Source of the DNA: Octopus sinensis
Taxonomy: Eukaryota
Length of the DNA: 64,000 bases
Direction of reading: 5' to 3'
Assembly: GCF_006345805.1 (NCBI RefSeq)
Contig: NC_043003.1
Location: 41,788,001-41,852,000, forward strand
Of this stretch, positions 37,911 to 53,487 are shown piece after piece. Position numbers and translations under genes: made by a program. Below the pieces are notes generated by a model. That model was not told the origin of the DNA. It saw only the letters and a list, made by a program, of their open reading frames with translations, and did not search any database. Numbering within the stretch: position 1 is the stretch's first letter; each line of letters begins with the position of its first letter.

Positions 37911-38063
37911 ATTTCAATTATCCGCACCAACGCACGGTTGCAACGCCAGATGGTTGTACCTCCAACCGTGCTGTTTACTGCTGTGATTTTTGCTACTAAG
38001 TATCGGTTAAACTTTTGATTAATCTACTACAAGATTATTCATCTTTCTATTCACATTATATAT

Positions 38064-38106
<43 letters not shown>

Positions 38107-39654
38107 GGTGCCGCGTGCCATTTAGACAGCGTGTCATGTAATAATTAGGTAACGTGTGTAGGGGGAGTGGTTTGGGAGATATATATCTCAAGACTTGTTC
38201 TTCTGTCTCACTGATTACACGCCCATAATTTATATACATAATCCATATGTATATAAGTTATTCATGACATTGAGAATTGTCTGGAGAAATTCTAGCCTCT
38301 CATTCGCTGTTAGTGACATGACGTGAAGAACATTGTATAATCACTATACATTTCATTTGCTTTTTATTGGTGGGGGAGGGGTCAAATATATCGATCGTCT
38401 TTATGTACGTCTACAAAATAACTATTTTGATTTTGGTTGAATAGCTGAAGTACGAAGTAATTAATTGTCAATTAAGTACATTATATATATTACAATCGAA
38501 GATATTTCGGGAAGGAATGAGGTAGAAGTATTTGATGAAGAGTATATGAATTATTTCATAGTTCGTTAGTTGTATAGGAAAAGAAGTAGATATAAATTTA
38601 AATGAACGTGAAGATGTAGGTGTTTGCTGTAACGTTCTAATTTAAAGATGTACGAATCTAGTCATTGTGGACTAGGAATTGTACTGACACGAGTTCGTTT
38701 TCCATACACGAACTAGTTGCGGATTGCATCTTCAATACTTTTCACAAACAAAATTTTCCATCTTTCGAAAGAAATTGAGAGATATTTTTAGTTACAGAAG
38801 AACTGTTAGTTTGATTGTCATTGCTTGTTTCTTTTCATCGCAAGAAAAGGAAATACCTTGTACTGAATACCTATTTTAGTCGTTGAAATATCATCAGGAA
38901 GTGAAATAAACAGAGTTGATGTGAAATACATGCCTATAATTGCTAGCGGTCTAATTTTAATTTTTACTCGTCTCAAATAATGAGATATCACTCGTTTGAT
39001 TTGAGCTAAATTTCTCCGGTACGGAAACAAATAAACCTTCACCTTCACACACATGTACCTATGAAGTAACTCAAGGCTTTCGATGTATGTATATGGAGAA
39101 AATAATTAATTTATCAAAATTCTAAAGTGGTTTCGACAATTTTTGGTTTTTCAATCGTAAATAAACAAGGTTTAAGAGAGATAGAATGCCCAAGGGAAAA
39201 TTCAGAAGAACATGCTTAAAATCTCAAATGTTTATATACATTCCAAAATTCAATAAGTCTTGCAAACATTGACAGTAACGCAAGTTCAAATGTTCGATGA
39301 ATATCATAACAGTAATTGCATGCTTGAACGTTTGGTGACAGTGAATACAATAGGTTGAATTCGAAACGATGAAAGTTCAGAAGATTAAGAGAGAAAGGGA
39401 AAGAAAAGAAACAAACGTTTCTTAATTTCAGAAACAGGATTTCTCGTTGCTGATTTTGCAGATCACTTGAAATTGCTTTGTATTTCTAAAGTAAAGATTC
39501 AAGTTCTGATTAGTTGTAAATTTAATGACGTTAAATGTTTTAGTCTGCCTATGTAGTATTATTGTGGCTGGTTATCTAACAGCCTGAATAAGTCACTCGG
39601 TTTACGGATGTTCTGGTCACATAGTTTGCTTTGGCAGAATTCTTGCGTTCTAAA

Positions 39655-40040
39655 GCGGCGAGCTGCCAAATCGTTAGCAAGCCAGGCGAAATGCGTAGCC
39701 GTATTTCGTTCTGAGTTCAAATTCCGCCGAGGTCGACTTTGCCTTTCATCCTTTCGGGGTCGATTAAATAAGTACCAGTTTCGCACTGGGATCGATGCAA
39801 TCGACTCAATCCATTTTTCTGTCCTTGTTTGTCCCCTCCATGTTTAGCCCCTTGTGGGCAATAAAGAATTAATTATTTCGTCTGTCTTTACGTTCTGAGT
39901 TCAAATTAAGCCGACGTCGCAAATGCCTTTCATCCTTTCGGGGTCGATAAATTAAGTGCCAGTTGCGTCCTGGGGTCGATCTAATCGACTGGTCCCCTCC
40001 CCCAAAATTTCGGGCCCTGTGCCTAGGGTAGAAGAGAATA
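39655..40040 (+). mobile_element. Two tandem SINE family B copies (second is 5'-truncated)
   Basis: TTCTGAGTTCAAATT..CCTTTCATCCTTTCGGGGTCGAT occurs twice, about 190 bp apart. Confidence 0.85.
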
Positions 40041-40119
40041 GAAAATAATACTTGGGTTCTTGTTGATTATATTTAACTCCCGTCGAAAATTCTAAGCATA
40101 ACAATTTAAATATTTATGA

Positions 40120-40450
40120 ATATATATGCGTAGTTGTCTGGTAAAAAGTTTGCTTGCTAACCCGTACCACGTTGAGCAAGTGTCTTGAACTATAGCCGAA
40201 GTCCAAGACCTCGTAAGTGGACTTGGTAATCGGAAACTGAAAGAAGCCTGTCGTATACATTTATATGTGCGTGCGTATGTGTGTGATGTGTATGATGTGT
40301 GTACTTATGTGTGTGTGTGCTTGTTTTTGTCCCATCACCATAGCCTGTCAACCGGTGTTAGTCGGTTTTTCCTTGTAACCTGGGGGGTCAGTAAATATGT
40401 TTGATAGAATAAGTGACAGGCTTTAGAAATAACAATCGGAGTTGATTCGT
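40120..40450 (+). mobile_element. SINE family A (degenerate)
   Basis: TTGAGCAAGTGTCTT..GGAAACTGAAAGAAGCCTGTCGTATA matches family A. Confidence 0.7.
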
Positions 40451-40729
40451 ACGACTACCACATTTCAAAGCATATGTATGTATGTAGGTATGTATGTATG
40501 TATGTATGCATGTATGCATGTACGTATGTGTGTGTGCGTGTGTTTGTATATATGTCTGTATGTAGTTTGATAGCAGCATAGATCAAGATGCAAACACACA
40601 CAAAACCAGACGTACGCATACACACATATACATTTAAACAGATTGGTACTTTGATGCACATATAGATAATTAGATTAGTATAACTGTATAGAGGCAACAA
40701 GCGCGCGTAAAAGGCAGATAGATAGAGTG

Positions 40730-40733
40730 ATAA

Positions 40734-40819
<86 letters not shown>

Positions 40820-40880
40820 TAATAGATTAATAGATAGATTAATAGATAGATAAAGAGAGAGAGAAAGACAGAGACGGAGA
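40730..40880. repeat. (GATA)n/(GA)n microsatellite
   Basis: Read directly. Confidence 0.95.
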
Positions 40881-41372
40881 CAGAGGCAGAGGGTAGCAAA
40901 GTAAATTAGAAAGAGGAAGAACAAGATGAACTAAAGAGTGAGTCTGTTGAAATATACTTACTGATGTAATTATTTATACACGATTTAAGATGGATAGATG
41001 GATTCATAGACAGAAAATAAGAATAATATTTAAACAATAACAAGGAGAACGTGCTTTGTCTACTACAAATACATCTCATTAATTCTCAACGTTTAATTAA
41101 TCTTTAGATGACCTATCATCCAATCTTTACACTGCAAAATATTTAACTTAACTTTCTGTTTGTCTCAATTATCTCTATTGATAGTTCTTTCCGTTTGTGT
41201 GTATGTGTCTATATATATGTGTGATAGTACTATGTCGAAATTGTAGGTCTCGTTACATATATACCCATATATATATATAATTATGCCTACGCATTCGCAT
41301 ACATACGTGTATGCACATCTTCTTATATATGTATGCATGTATGTATTTATGTATGTATATATGTATGTATCT

Positions 41373-41413
<41 letters not shown>

Positions 41414-41789
41414 TGTGTGTAAGTGTATGCGGAGGAGAAAGAAGGGGGGAGAAAATGATTGATATTTATGAATTTATATACATATGCCTCTGTGTGTATA
41501 TGTGTATTTGTGATTAGATGCCTGCTGTTGCTTAGAGTATATTGAAAGTGTCGGTAAAGAAAGTATTCAATACGTGAAATAATATTTTATCATATACGCC
41601 TCTGAAAACTGTACAAACGTTTATAATAAAAATCCCTGTTCTATTTCGACTCATAGTGGAAATGAGTGCATCAGAATCCAGAAAGTATAGATTTTCGAAC
41701 ACAAAAATGAACATGAAATATAATCTTTAGAATGACATGAAGAAAATTTAAGTAAAGGAGTTACATATTAGAACTGGGTGCCACTGTAG

Positions 41790-42040
41790 AGTGCCAAGGA
41801 CTCCAAATTTGCCATCACGATGTAGGAAAAGATATTGCAATAGCCTGGACGTCAGAGGTCCACAACTCTTCAATATCCTCCCGAAGGACCTGAGATACCT
41901 GCATGGGGTGGATGTAGGTGTCTTCAAAATAAAACTGGACCTCTTCCTGTCAGGTGTCCCAGATGAACCAACTTCGCTGCAGAAGGTGCAGATGAGGGCA
42001 GCCGCATCAAACTCTCTCATGCACCAAATGTCAATTGCTA
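41790..42040 (+). mobile_element. CR1-clade LINE 3' fragment
   Basis: NSLDVRGPQLFNILPKDLR..FKIKLDLFLSGVPDEP..AAASNSL aligns with the C-terminus of the ORF2 at 22964-23416 (GPALFNITP..FKKSLDKFVQTVPDKP..ANNNSL). Confidence 0.88.
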
Positions 42041-42549
42041 AAAACATTCGTAAAGTAAAATTTTGTAGCAGCACCAAATGGCGGTGCCCCAGCATTGCTA
42101 CAGCTCGTGAGTTGAAACTAGATGAAATAAAAAAAAAGGAGAAAATAATAAAATTCCAAACGATGCGTATAATTGCTACTTCAGATTTTATTTGGCTCTG
42201 AAAAAGAGTGTTAAATTTCCCTTTCTGTCTTCGAGATCTTAGGTAAAATTTCATGGACTGTGAACGTTATTCTACCGCATAAATTTACATGCGGAACTTA
42301 CAATTCTTTTACACTGTTTAGGAATCTTCATCTGTATTTATCCTCATAGGTGCATTAGGTTATGTACCAACAGATTTGCACGAAAACCTAGAAACACTTG
42401 GTTTTGCAGAAAAAGAGTAAATGGAACTAGTGTCTCAGTAAGACATTCCATAACTTTTCCATGTGAACCTCTAAAATGAATAGATGCACACATTTGTGTG
42501 TACACATTGACAATTGAACCAACACACCAACTCAACAACATATTTACAA

Positions 42550-43699
42550 ATACCGGGAACTCTCTTAACTCAAAATATCTTGTGGCCTTGTAAACAACTG
42601 GCTTGCACTCTCTGAAGAAGAATTTGAAAGAATTCGAGCCAACTGTTTTTTTTTCATACTAGGAACAGATGATAGACATATGGGACCAAATCCGGTGAAT
42701 AGAGAGGGTAATCAGTTAAAAGCTACAATCACGCTCAGCCGCTATTGAAGGCATGCCTTGTGTGCTGGAACATTGACCTGATGAAACAAAACCCCCATTT
42801 GTCACTTCTTCTCGACGTTTGGACTTGATATACTTTTGTAGCTACCTGAGTAAGTTGGCATGGTACTTTTTATTGGTGATATTTATCTTTTGAAGACGGT
42901 CAATTAACACAATGCCTTTTGCATTCCTCACAACAGAGTCCATCAACTTCCCTGCACATGAAACCACCTTGTCCTTCTTTGGAACAGGCGAGGAGGTGTG
43001 TTGTTACCGCTACATGGATTGTCTCTTTGGCTCAAAGCGATGACGCCAGCACTCATCCAGGCTTAGGAAAGATTCAAGAAAACCAGATGGATCTGTTTCG
43101 AGCAATAATGTCTGATTTCCCGTGATATGATCAGCTTGGTGTGCTTTTGATCAGATGTCAGAAGACGTGGAACCTACCGAGGTGAAAGCTTCGTCATGCC
43201 AAGTTCTTTGTGCAGAATATTCTCAACTCTCTCGGGAATATGTTAATAGCATTGGTTATTTGAGATATATTCACTCACCTGTCATCCATCTCTATCTCAT
43301 GAACACGATTAATATTTTCTTCGGTTGTGGCAGATCTAGACGTCCAGATCATTAGTTATATTCAAGACTGTACTCTTCCATCCTATATTCAACTGAGCTG
43401 TTGGTAAAGCTAGAGCCTCATCCCCTAAAGTAACAACCACATCAGCATGAGTGTCGTTGCGGGCTAAATACTTTCCCTGCAGATACTTTTCACAACGATG
43501 CTAAACGTTTTCTATTTTCAAGAGTTGTAGACACTAGTTAGTTTTGAAGCCTTCTTTGACCAATCAAATATCAGTTTACCTGGGGAAAAAAAATCATTGC
43601 GGTTATTCTTAAGAAGAGTTGAAACGCATGCAAAAAATTTCCGAACTGTTGCAACACTCCTCCATATTCACCCTATGAACTTTTGAGCTCATCCTCGTA
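42550..43699 (-). mobile_element. Degenerate mariner element
   Basis: Minus strand gives SSPVPKK..AGKLM, WNAKGIVLID and LFHQ.N.PAH-like motifs. TIR-like TACGAGGATGAGCTCAAAAGTTCATAGG ends at 43699. Many lesions. Confidence 0.75.
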
Positions 43700-44319
43700 T
43701 GCACAAAAAAATAGATAAACAAATACATACAACTCCCCCAACTTACACATATTTATATACATCATGTTTGGGAAGCGCATAGTGTCTATGATTTTTATGC
43801 AAGCATTTTAACATTTTCATCCCTTCATATGTGATTGCAAACTTTTACATTTTAAACGTCTGCTTCTTAATATAGGTTGTCTATGCAGTATTGTGTTTAT
43901 TTATTTTTCAGAACATAATTCCTCAAAAATTTTGACTGTGATCGATGACAAATTACAGCTTTTTTATTTACTACAACACAAACATTACTCTAAATATTGC
44001 TTCATCCTCTTCTATCCACACCACACGTTTCATTTGTATATTTTTTTCCTATATAAAACTGCAATAAAAATTTGATTGATTAGCATTACCATTAATATAA
44101 ATTCGCCGAACATGGTGGTGGAAGCATGAGGGGCCAGAATTTGTTGCTGAGATAGTAACGTTATCTTACAATACACTTAATGAATATGCAAGTTGAGTAA
44201 AGTGAAAAAAGAGTTTGCCAGAACAGTTGTCTCCCATAATCTCTGACCTAAAAGAGTAAAGATTAAAAACAGCTTTCGATCATGAATGATCATAGGATTG
44301 CACCTAAAACGTTCCTTTC

Positions 44320-44578
44320 CGAGCAAGAAGTCCAGGCAAGTTTGTTTATGGAAGACCAATAGCCATCTATGCATACCAGCCTCCCCTCTCCACGCCACCG
44401 ATGTTATCCAAGGGAAAGGCAAAGACTGATACACTTTGGCACCAGTGACGTCGCAACTCATTTCTACAGCTGAGAGTAAACAGGAACAACGTGAAACACA
44501 CAGCCCGCTCCGGGAATCAAATTCACTACATAATGATTGAGAGACCGACCTTCTAATCACTGAGCCATGCGCCTTCAC
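44320..44578 (-). mobile_element. SINE family C
   Basis: Minus-strand head GAAGGCGCATGGCTCAGTGATTAG and B box GTTTGATTCCCGG. Confidence 0.75.
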
Positions 44579-45314
44579 AATGTCTGACCCAGACTCTACG
44601 TACGTAATGTATTGCCGTAACAATTCCAAAATCACCCTTTACTGATAAAATGATTTGATATTCATTGTATGAATGTATAGAACATCTGTTAAGAGTATGT
44701 AGGTTTATTTTCGATTAAATTTCCACATCTTTCCAATGCGTACTGGAAGAAATGTTATATTCAACAGAATCGCGAATTTATCGACATTTAATATTCGTCG
44801 GTTTCTGCGCACTTGTTTTTCTACTAACAATACTCTTTTCTTTACATCCTAATATAATTACAGATGCTTATTCGAAAGAATGATTTTCTCTATTTTAGAC
44901 TTAATTCAATATACATTAATAATTTGAATGTTTCAACTTTCATACTGGTATTCCTATGAAAAGTATATTTTTAGCTAATTATTCATATTTGTATGGCGGT
45001 ATTCAACTTCTATATTGAGGGTCGGTTTACGATTCAGTATTGAAACTCTTTCACTTACTAAATTGTTTACATGAAAGTATCAAAATAAGCCCTCATATTA
45101 TATATCATATATTTTTCTAATTTTAAATAGTATAAGACAGCTCTTACAAATTCAGTAGTGATTGGTACAAATAATAGATATCATTGCAATACATAAAGTG
45201 GGATAAAAATCTGAAAACACTGTGGTATGTTTCGTCTATCACTGATAATAATAACAACAAACCTCAGCAACAACAACCAGATAAACAACTACAACAACAA
45301 CAACAATAATACTC

Positions 45315-45510
45315 ATATTGGTTTCAAATTTTGCCACAAGCGCAGAAATATGGGGGGATGAGGATCGTCGATCACATATACCCCAGTGCTTCACTGGTAC
45401 TTGATTTATCGATACTGAAACTATGAAAGGCAAAGTCGATCTCGATGCACTTTGAACTCAGAAAGTAGCGACGGGTGAAATACCGTTACGCATTTCGTCC
45501 GGCGCACTAT
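45315..45510 (-). mobile_element. SINE family B
   Basis: Reverse complement of the family B body (ACTGGTACTTGATTTATCGA..TTTGAACTCAGAA). Confidence 0.75.
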
Positions 45511-46329
45511 TTTAACAGCACGATACATTAATGATGGTGACGATGATAAAAATAATAATAATAATATCAACAACAACAACAATAACAATAATAATAATAA
45601 TTTGGCCAAAACTCATGTCGTGTCAAGGGAAATATAAACAATGATAAATAGTAAAAAAATGAAAATAATAATATCAGTGACATAGAGATTAAGTTTTTGA
45701 CCGCCTCGCTTGCATGTAAATGATGTTTCTTTATTTCCTTTATAATTATTGACCTATATATGTTTTATATTTTGACCTCCTACAAACTTACCCAGATCAG
45801 TAAAGCTTCCAAAGAGTTTAGTCTGAATTTTTAATACAATTTCTGAAAAAGATTTTTTGTAATCTTTCTTATCGCAATAAAAATATATATTAAATTGCAT
45901 TAAAGATAAATAAAACTCCACTACCGTGTAATTCCTCGCGATCCTAATAAATTTTCATTAAAAAATTAACTACCAGCAGGCTTGTCGTCCCAAATATTTT
46001 CAACTTCGCTATATTAGATACTGTTGGCTGAAAATAATATTTGTGTTTTTCAAAATATTATCTACTTGATTCAATCAGTAGATGGACCATGCTTTAGCAC
46101 CGCTATGAAGAAATTTAGTCGAGCGAATCGAACCCAGTAAAATTATGCTTAAGCCTGCTATTTATTCTATTATTTACTTTTGCCAAACCATAATTTACGA
46201 ACCATAATATACACGCACCAACACTGATTGTCAAGCGGTAGTTGGAGAGGTACACGAAGACAGAGCAAAAGTTCGCACGCACACACATTTCTTCGCGGTT
46301 ATAAACTCATACACACATACACGTATATA

Positions 46330-46850
46330 TATGGGGTGCGGTGAACGAATTGTCGTCTAAATTTCGGCCTCCCGACGACTTCAGAATTTCTCGCAACTCT
46401 TCGAGTTGGTCTCCTTGTTTAAGTTGGTGAATACTGCCATAATCCTTGCCGTCAGTTCATCTTTGGTGCTAGAAGGAGTTTTGTTAGTCACTCGCTGAAC
46501 TGCGCCCCACTTATAATAATCAAGGGTGTTGCAGTCTAGGTAGTTAGGTGGTCAAATGTTAGAGGTGATGTGATCATACAAATTGTCTGACAGCCTTGAC
46601 TGGGTTTTCTTGCTTGTGTGGCATGGTGCAGAGTCCTCTTGCTAGACATCTAGTCTTCCAGCAGCCGCCCTCTTGATCCAGGTCATGACCACCTCCTCCA
46701 GGCAGTTGTTGTAGGCCTCTGTGTTGAGTGTGAGACCATGTGGGGAGATGAATGGAGACATAACGTTGCCATCACTAGCGGTCACTCCGAACACCATGAT
46801 TTTGACTAGATGTTTGATTGGTACAGGTTTTGGGGACTCAGATTGACACC
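46330..46850 (-). mobile_element. DD37D (maT-type) Tc1/mariner transposase relic
   Basis: IMVFGVTASDG..EDSAPCHTS..PPNYLDCNTLDYYKWG. There are 37 residues between the DSAPCH Asp and the TLDY Asp. Stops occur at Trp codons. Confidence 0.8.
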
Positions 46851-47367
46851 CAACTCACTGAAATGTTCGTAGTAGAGCTTGCAGCGCGAATGCCAAGCAG
46901 AGCATGTCGTTTCCAAATTTCTGGCAAAATGAATTGCGTTATGGTGGTGCTTTTCTCACAAACGGTACCCAACTGAACCTACTATACTGTGTAGTCGACG
47001 AAATCAAAAAGAAACAGTGTGCATGCGCGACGCTAAGAGTATACACTGGCTACAAATTACCCAATCACATCATACAAACACACACGCATATATATACACA
47101 CACACACATATGCAGACTCACATAAATATATATCTGACAGGATTCTTTCAATTTGCACCTAACGAAGCCTTACACATGACTTTGGTCGTCTCGTGGCTAT
47201 GGTAGAAAATACCTTAGGAATCAAACAGTAAAACTGAACCCGGAAGTATGTGACAGGGAAGCAAACCTCTTAACTCATGCCTGCGTAGATGATGGAACAT
47301 TTGTAAAATGACCTTCGAGAAGAGGCAGCACAAATATAACATAAACCATTTATTAACCAGTACAATA

Positions 47368-47614
47368 TAAAGGGTGGAGCAGAAAGGTTACCCCGATAAA
47401 AAAACAAACACATGCAGAGGCATGAAAACACTTTGTGTTTCTATAAAGTTAAGTAAATGGCAATTTTTTTTTGTTTGTTTCAGATAGTACCCACTATGGC
47501 CTGGAGTGCAGAACATCGAGCATTTGTGAGAAGTACAAAGTCGTTTTCGTATTTTCATGTGTCTATTTCTCAGTAACCTTTGAAATCGGGGCAACCTTTC
47601 TGCCGCACACTGTA
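47368..47614 (+). mobile_element. Tc1/mariner-type MITE or deletion derivative
   Basis: Imperfect TIRs (..GCAGAAAGGTT(A/G)CCCCGAT), TA ends, and an internal MAWSAEHRAFV start typical of such transposases. Confidence 0.65.
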
Positions 47615-47625
47615 TATATATATAT

Positions 47626-48038
<413 letters not shown>

Positions 48039-49045
48039 GTATGTGTGTATGTATGAATGCATGTATGTATATATGTATGTATGTATATGATTGAGAGTTT
48101 GCTACAATGATGATATTCAACGAGGAGATGAACGCGTTCATACATGACCAACTTAAACGGAATGTTAGGCGTGTGATGTTGAACAATTCTTTCATTATTA
48201 TAGAAGGGAAATGTTTAAAACTTTAGAAAACAGTGGTTGCTTAAGATCATTTAAATATTATATTTTGAATTAATCTTTACACATGAGTGCTTTGATTTCC
48301 AGTAACGCTTATAGCAGTATTGCTATCAATAAAAGAATCATCTGTTCTTATTAAACAAATCCCCCACCGAAAACTAAACTTAGATAATCGCTATTCTAAG
48401 TGTTATACACTATTTAAAAAGTAATGCTTGAGATGTAATTATATTTTGTTTGTTTGTTTTCATGTGATTATGAGTTTTTCTTCTTACAGTTGAGAGAGTG
48501 TCCTGTAAAACGATATCCTAGAGCGTAGAAATGCAATGCTTTCTCTAATGGCTTAGTTAAAATCAAAAAGCACAAAGAAACGCCAAAGAAATAAGCAAAG
48601 AAACATGGATAACTCTTAAAAGACCGCTGTTTCTCTTTGGAAAAGCTCTAGAAATAGAGTCACGAGTAAGAAGCCAGACAATCCCTGATAATATGTGACG
48701 AATAAGTGATATTCACTGGTCCATATAGAAGTCGAACCTAAATGGCAAGCACGGCTTGACTGAAGACTATTTCCATACAAGAGAACTTCTACGGAAGAAA
48801 TAGTCATTTAAAGGTCAAATACCAATGAAGTGGACTCCCCATCGATTAGATCAACGTTAATATACACCCTCTGATTTAATTGTGAGAATCCAATTTCTTT
48901 TGAAACTCATGTATTGAACTTTCAATTTGTCAGTGATTTCAATAAAACAGATTTCCTCGAAATCTTCATGATAATGTTATGCAGGTTGGATCTTCTCTCC
49001 CCTTTCATTATCTTTAAAACAAACACGACGAATAGCAAGCCTTAG

Positions 49046-49049
<4 letters not shown>

Positions 49050-49096
<47 letters not shown>

Positions 49097-49395
49097 ATAT
49101 ATATAATATATATACACGTATATATATATATATACGTATATATATATATTATATATATGTATATATATATGTGTATATACGTATATATATATATATATGT
49201 GTGTGTATATATATATATATATGTATACACAGAGAGTGAGAGTGAGCGAGAGATGTATATATGCTTGTATGCATGCATGAAAATATGTATATATCAATAA
49301 AGTGATAAACTGTATATATACAAACATAAATGTGTATAATTATGTAAATATATGCATATATATATATATATATATAGATATAGATATATATATAT
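49050..49395. repeat. (TA)n-rich compound microsatellite
   Basis: Read directly. Confidence 0.9.
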
Positions 49396-50073
49396 TCCAA
49401 GTGAAATTTCAGCCTAAAACTATTTCCGGTTTTCTGAAATGTCATTCATTGCCGATTATAAATATGCCGCCAATTCAAGTCGATATCACGATTATTTCTT
49501 TTGAAGGTTTAATGCGATTATTTTGGCTTTTACATCTCGTTTATGCTTCATTCAATTTATGTATGGTTTATCATAAATGGAGACGAACTAAACAGATGAT
49601 TCTGCGAAATATTGTGACTTCCTGAGCAGAAACAGAACGGATGTACAGTTTAATAAAATGATTTTACATCGAAAGCACAATAGATGGGGTTACCTGGTAA
49701 ATAAGACAATACTTGAAATTAATAGAAAATGTGATCTGGATACAGAAAAGAAACATCTTTTTTTCTTATTATTTTCATGAGATTTTGTAAAAGTGAATTC
49801 TGGAAAACCGAAATGTCTTGGTAACTCATGGATCGAATTCTGTCACCAGCACTAAAATATATATTTTTCTTTTATTTCTTTTACTTGTTTCAGTCATTTG
49901 ACTGTGGCCATGCTGTAGCACCGTCTTTAGTCGAACAAATCGATCCCAAGTCCTGTAAGAAGAGTAATCATTCTATCACGCTGTTTTTCTGAACCGCCAT
50001 GTTTATATACATATACATACAAACATACATACATACATACATACATAAACACAAACATACATACATGCATACA

Positions 50074-50109
<36 letters not shown>

Positions 50110-50112
50110 TAC

Positions 50113-50160
<48 letters not shown>

Positions 50161-50165
<5 letters not shown>

Positions 50166-50258
50166 GAAATGAAGAAAATGCTGACAAATAATTGAAGTAA
50201 TTTAAGTAATTACTTAAATTACTTCAATTATTTGTCAGCATTTTCTTCATTTCCTTTT
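50161..50258. repeat. 98-bp perfect spacer-less palindrome
   Basis: The 49-bp arm AAAAGGAAATGAAGAAAATGCTGACAAATAATTGAAGTAATTTAAGTAA is followed immediately by its exact reverse complement. Confidence 0.95.
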
Positions 50259-50293
50259 TTATATCACCACTCGTGTTCGACATCTCCTTTTTT

Positions 50294-50360
<67 letters not shown>

Positions 50361-50424
50361 ACTGTAATAATAATAAAGGTTATTACGAAGTTTCATAGCG
50401 TTACGTTTAATTCTGTCTGTCTGG

Positions 50425-50518
<94 letters not shown>

Positions 50519-52097
50519 GTGTGTGTGTGTGTATGTATGTATATATGTATATGTATATCTAGCTTTTCATAGATCTACAGGTCATCCAACTGCACCGGTT
50601 TAACAGTTTAAAGAACGAATGTATGTATATTATATTATAAAATGTTTTTGCTGAGATAAAGGACAAGCTTCGACTCCACAGCCATACACCAACAGGTATC
50701 TCTCCATACGCGGAGATCCATAGTGTTCATAATCAGCTTGGATTTCTTGTGACTGAAGGCAAGAAAACACGGGAAGAGATAGAAATGTATAGGGCTTGGG
50801 TGTTAAAACCTCAATAACTTTAAACTGAACCCCATATATAAGAACCAACTGTATTATTTGCCAAGATTTTTACTAAGGAAACACTGTACTGAAATAATAT
50901 CTTATATAAAGTGTGTTTAATGCCAGCCTCCACAACACACAAATATCCATTTAGAATGAGATTTAGAATTAGACAGAGTATGAGATGATCATTCTACGAC
51001 AGGTACCATTTTACATACTATTCGGCAGTGCATGTGAAAATGTGTAGTACGGTTTTGAGATAGATAGAATGGAAATTTCATGATCATGGAAATGAATAGT
51101 ATAGTGTTATTCAGACAACTATTCAAGTTGTTCGATCAGACATAAATTTGGTCAACTGAAAACAATCACAAATGCATGTTCCCTTTCCAATAAAGGGGTT
51201 TACTTGAAGTTTTTGTCAACTTACAACTTCGACGCATAAAAGGTTGTGAAAACTGCCAAAATGTGATCGTGCCAGAGTTAAGAAGCTGTGGCTTTCACAG
51301 ACTTCTTTTGAAATTTAATTTAATGGAGACTACCATACAAACATTGTCTACACACAAGACATCATTCATGGAACATACAGCAAACATTTTAAAAGTTCCG
51401 TTTTAAGTGTATAAATATTTGCAAGTAATTTCAAAGTAATTTATCATTAAAATCACTATGTGGTATTGAGATATACAGCCGCATAGGAAACATTATGGAA
51501 TTGGTTCGATTTCTATCAGTAGATTTGTTGCTCGTTTAGCTTCCTATAGTTTACAAATAAATCATCTTTAACATATGTATCCAAATCTCAGCTGCTGATT
51601 TGTTATATAAACATGGAAACTTAAACGTACGAGCACACATATATATTCATCTTTTCTTATACGTATATACATACATTGGCACACTCACAAATACACACAC
51701 AAATACACACACATACACACATATATTACGTGTGTATCTACCTATACACCATACCTAAATATATAAAATAAGCGTACGTTCGCATGTGAATGTTTACGTA
51801 AGCTGGAACTTAACATCTAATGATGATGGCTGGCACTTTTATGCATTGCATTAAAATATTTATAGAAATCTGTCCAAGTACAAACGTTGTTTGACTGATG
51901 ATAAGGAATCAGTTAAGATAGATATAATGATACTCCGTACATACATTCTACATAATGTGCCATATATACGTCTCTGTGTACACTGTGTACATTTACACAC
52001 ACACATCTATATACATACATATATAAAAATATGCGATATATGCATATATATAATATGTATAAGTGACTACAGATATGTACATACACATGCATACGAG

Positions 52098-52099
<2 letters not shown>

Positions 52100-52171
<72 letters not shown>

Positions 52172-52174
52172 ATA

Positions 52175-52217
<43 letters not shown>

Positions 52218-52386
52218 ATGTATATACATATATATGTATGCGTGTATGTATATTTATATATATGTATTTATGTGTGTGTATATATATATATATAGTGATA
52301 TTAAATTAGTTTCCTTGTTTATTTAACCCAATCGCCTTTTAGTAACAAGTAAACAGTATACATGTAAACATACGTACACAACAATC

Positions 52387-52424
<38 letters not shown>

Positions 52425-52472
52425 ATATGCATATATGTATGTTGTGTACGTATGTGTTTACATGCATACATG

Positions 52473-52550
<78 letters not shown>

Positions 52551-52560
52551 CATGTGGCGT
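52100..52560. repeat. (TA)n-rich compound microsatellites
   Basis: Read directly. Confidence 0.9.
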
Positions 52561-53141
52561 ATGTAGGCGTATGTACATATACGTGTTTCTGTATATGTGT
52601 GTATATTCTAATTCACTTATGTCATTCATTACTTCGTTACGTTAACTTCATAAGTTCTTTTACGACAAACCGCATAAACATACGTGCACCTAATTATCTC
52701 GGCTTGTATCTTGTATAAACAAAAACAGAAAGACACCAAAATACACAAAAAAATAAGAAAAAAAGAAAAAAGGAAAAGCCCAGCCTACATACCAGCTGGC
52801 GACGCTAGTCCACCCGAAGTAATAAACACGAAATTAGGTATAATGAAACCTTGATATTATTAAGTTCGGGTATTCAATGTGTTTCTTTATTTGTACATTG
52901 TACATTTGGTAATGAATGCTCGACGGAACTGTTGACCCTAGGGTTGTCTAATATTAAGGTACTGTTCATTTGATAAGAGGGTGCGTCTAATGTACAAGTA
53001 TCAGGGGTAAACATCTACTTTCATGTTATTTGGTTATAATACATTTACATCCACTTCGCTTTGCTAAATACCTGGTAATTTTTTTTTTGTCTTTTGGGCG
53101 TGTTTGTTATTTTTTAAATTTATTTATGTAATTACTTATCG

Positions 53142-53456
53142 ATGATATCTGACTTCATCATTATCATCATCAACATTACTACATCCTCCATCACCGTCAA
53201 CACCAGTTCGATCATCCTCAAACAATTTGATTATCATCATGAAGTTCATTATCATTACCAACATAAACACCATCCTGATCACCATTGTTACGGCGTTACC
53301 AAGAACACCATCATCATCAGCAGCAATAACGTCATCGTAAATACCTTCAACGTTGCTTTCATCATCGTCATCATTTTGATGAGGATGATCATGATGACGA
53401 TGATGAAGATGGGAAATCTACTGATTCCAATTCTTCATCTTCTTCTTCTTCTTCTT

Positions 53457-53487
<31 letters not shown>

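Noticed and set aside
48560-48960. Possible RT relic (YYQGLSGFLLVTLFLE)
   Set aside because: Only a single weak motif.
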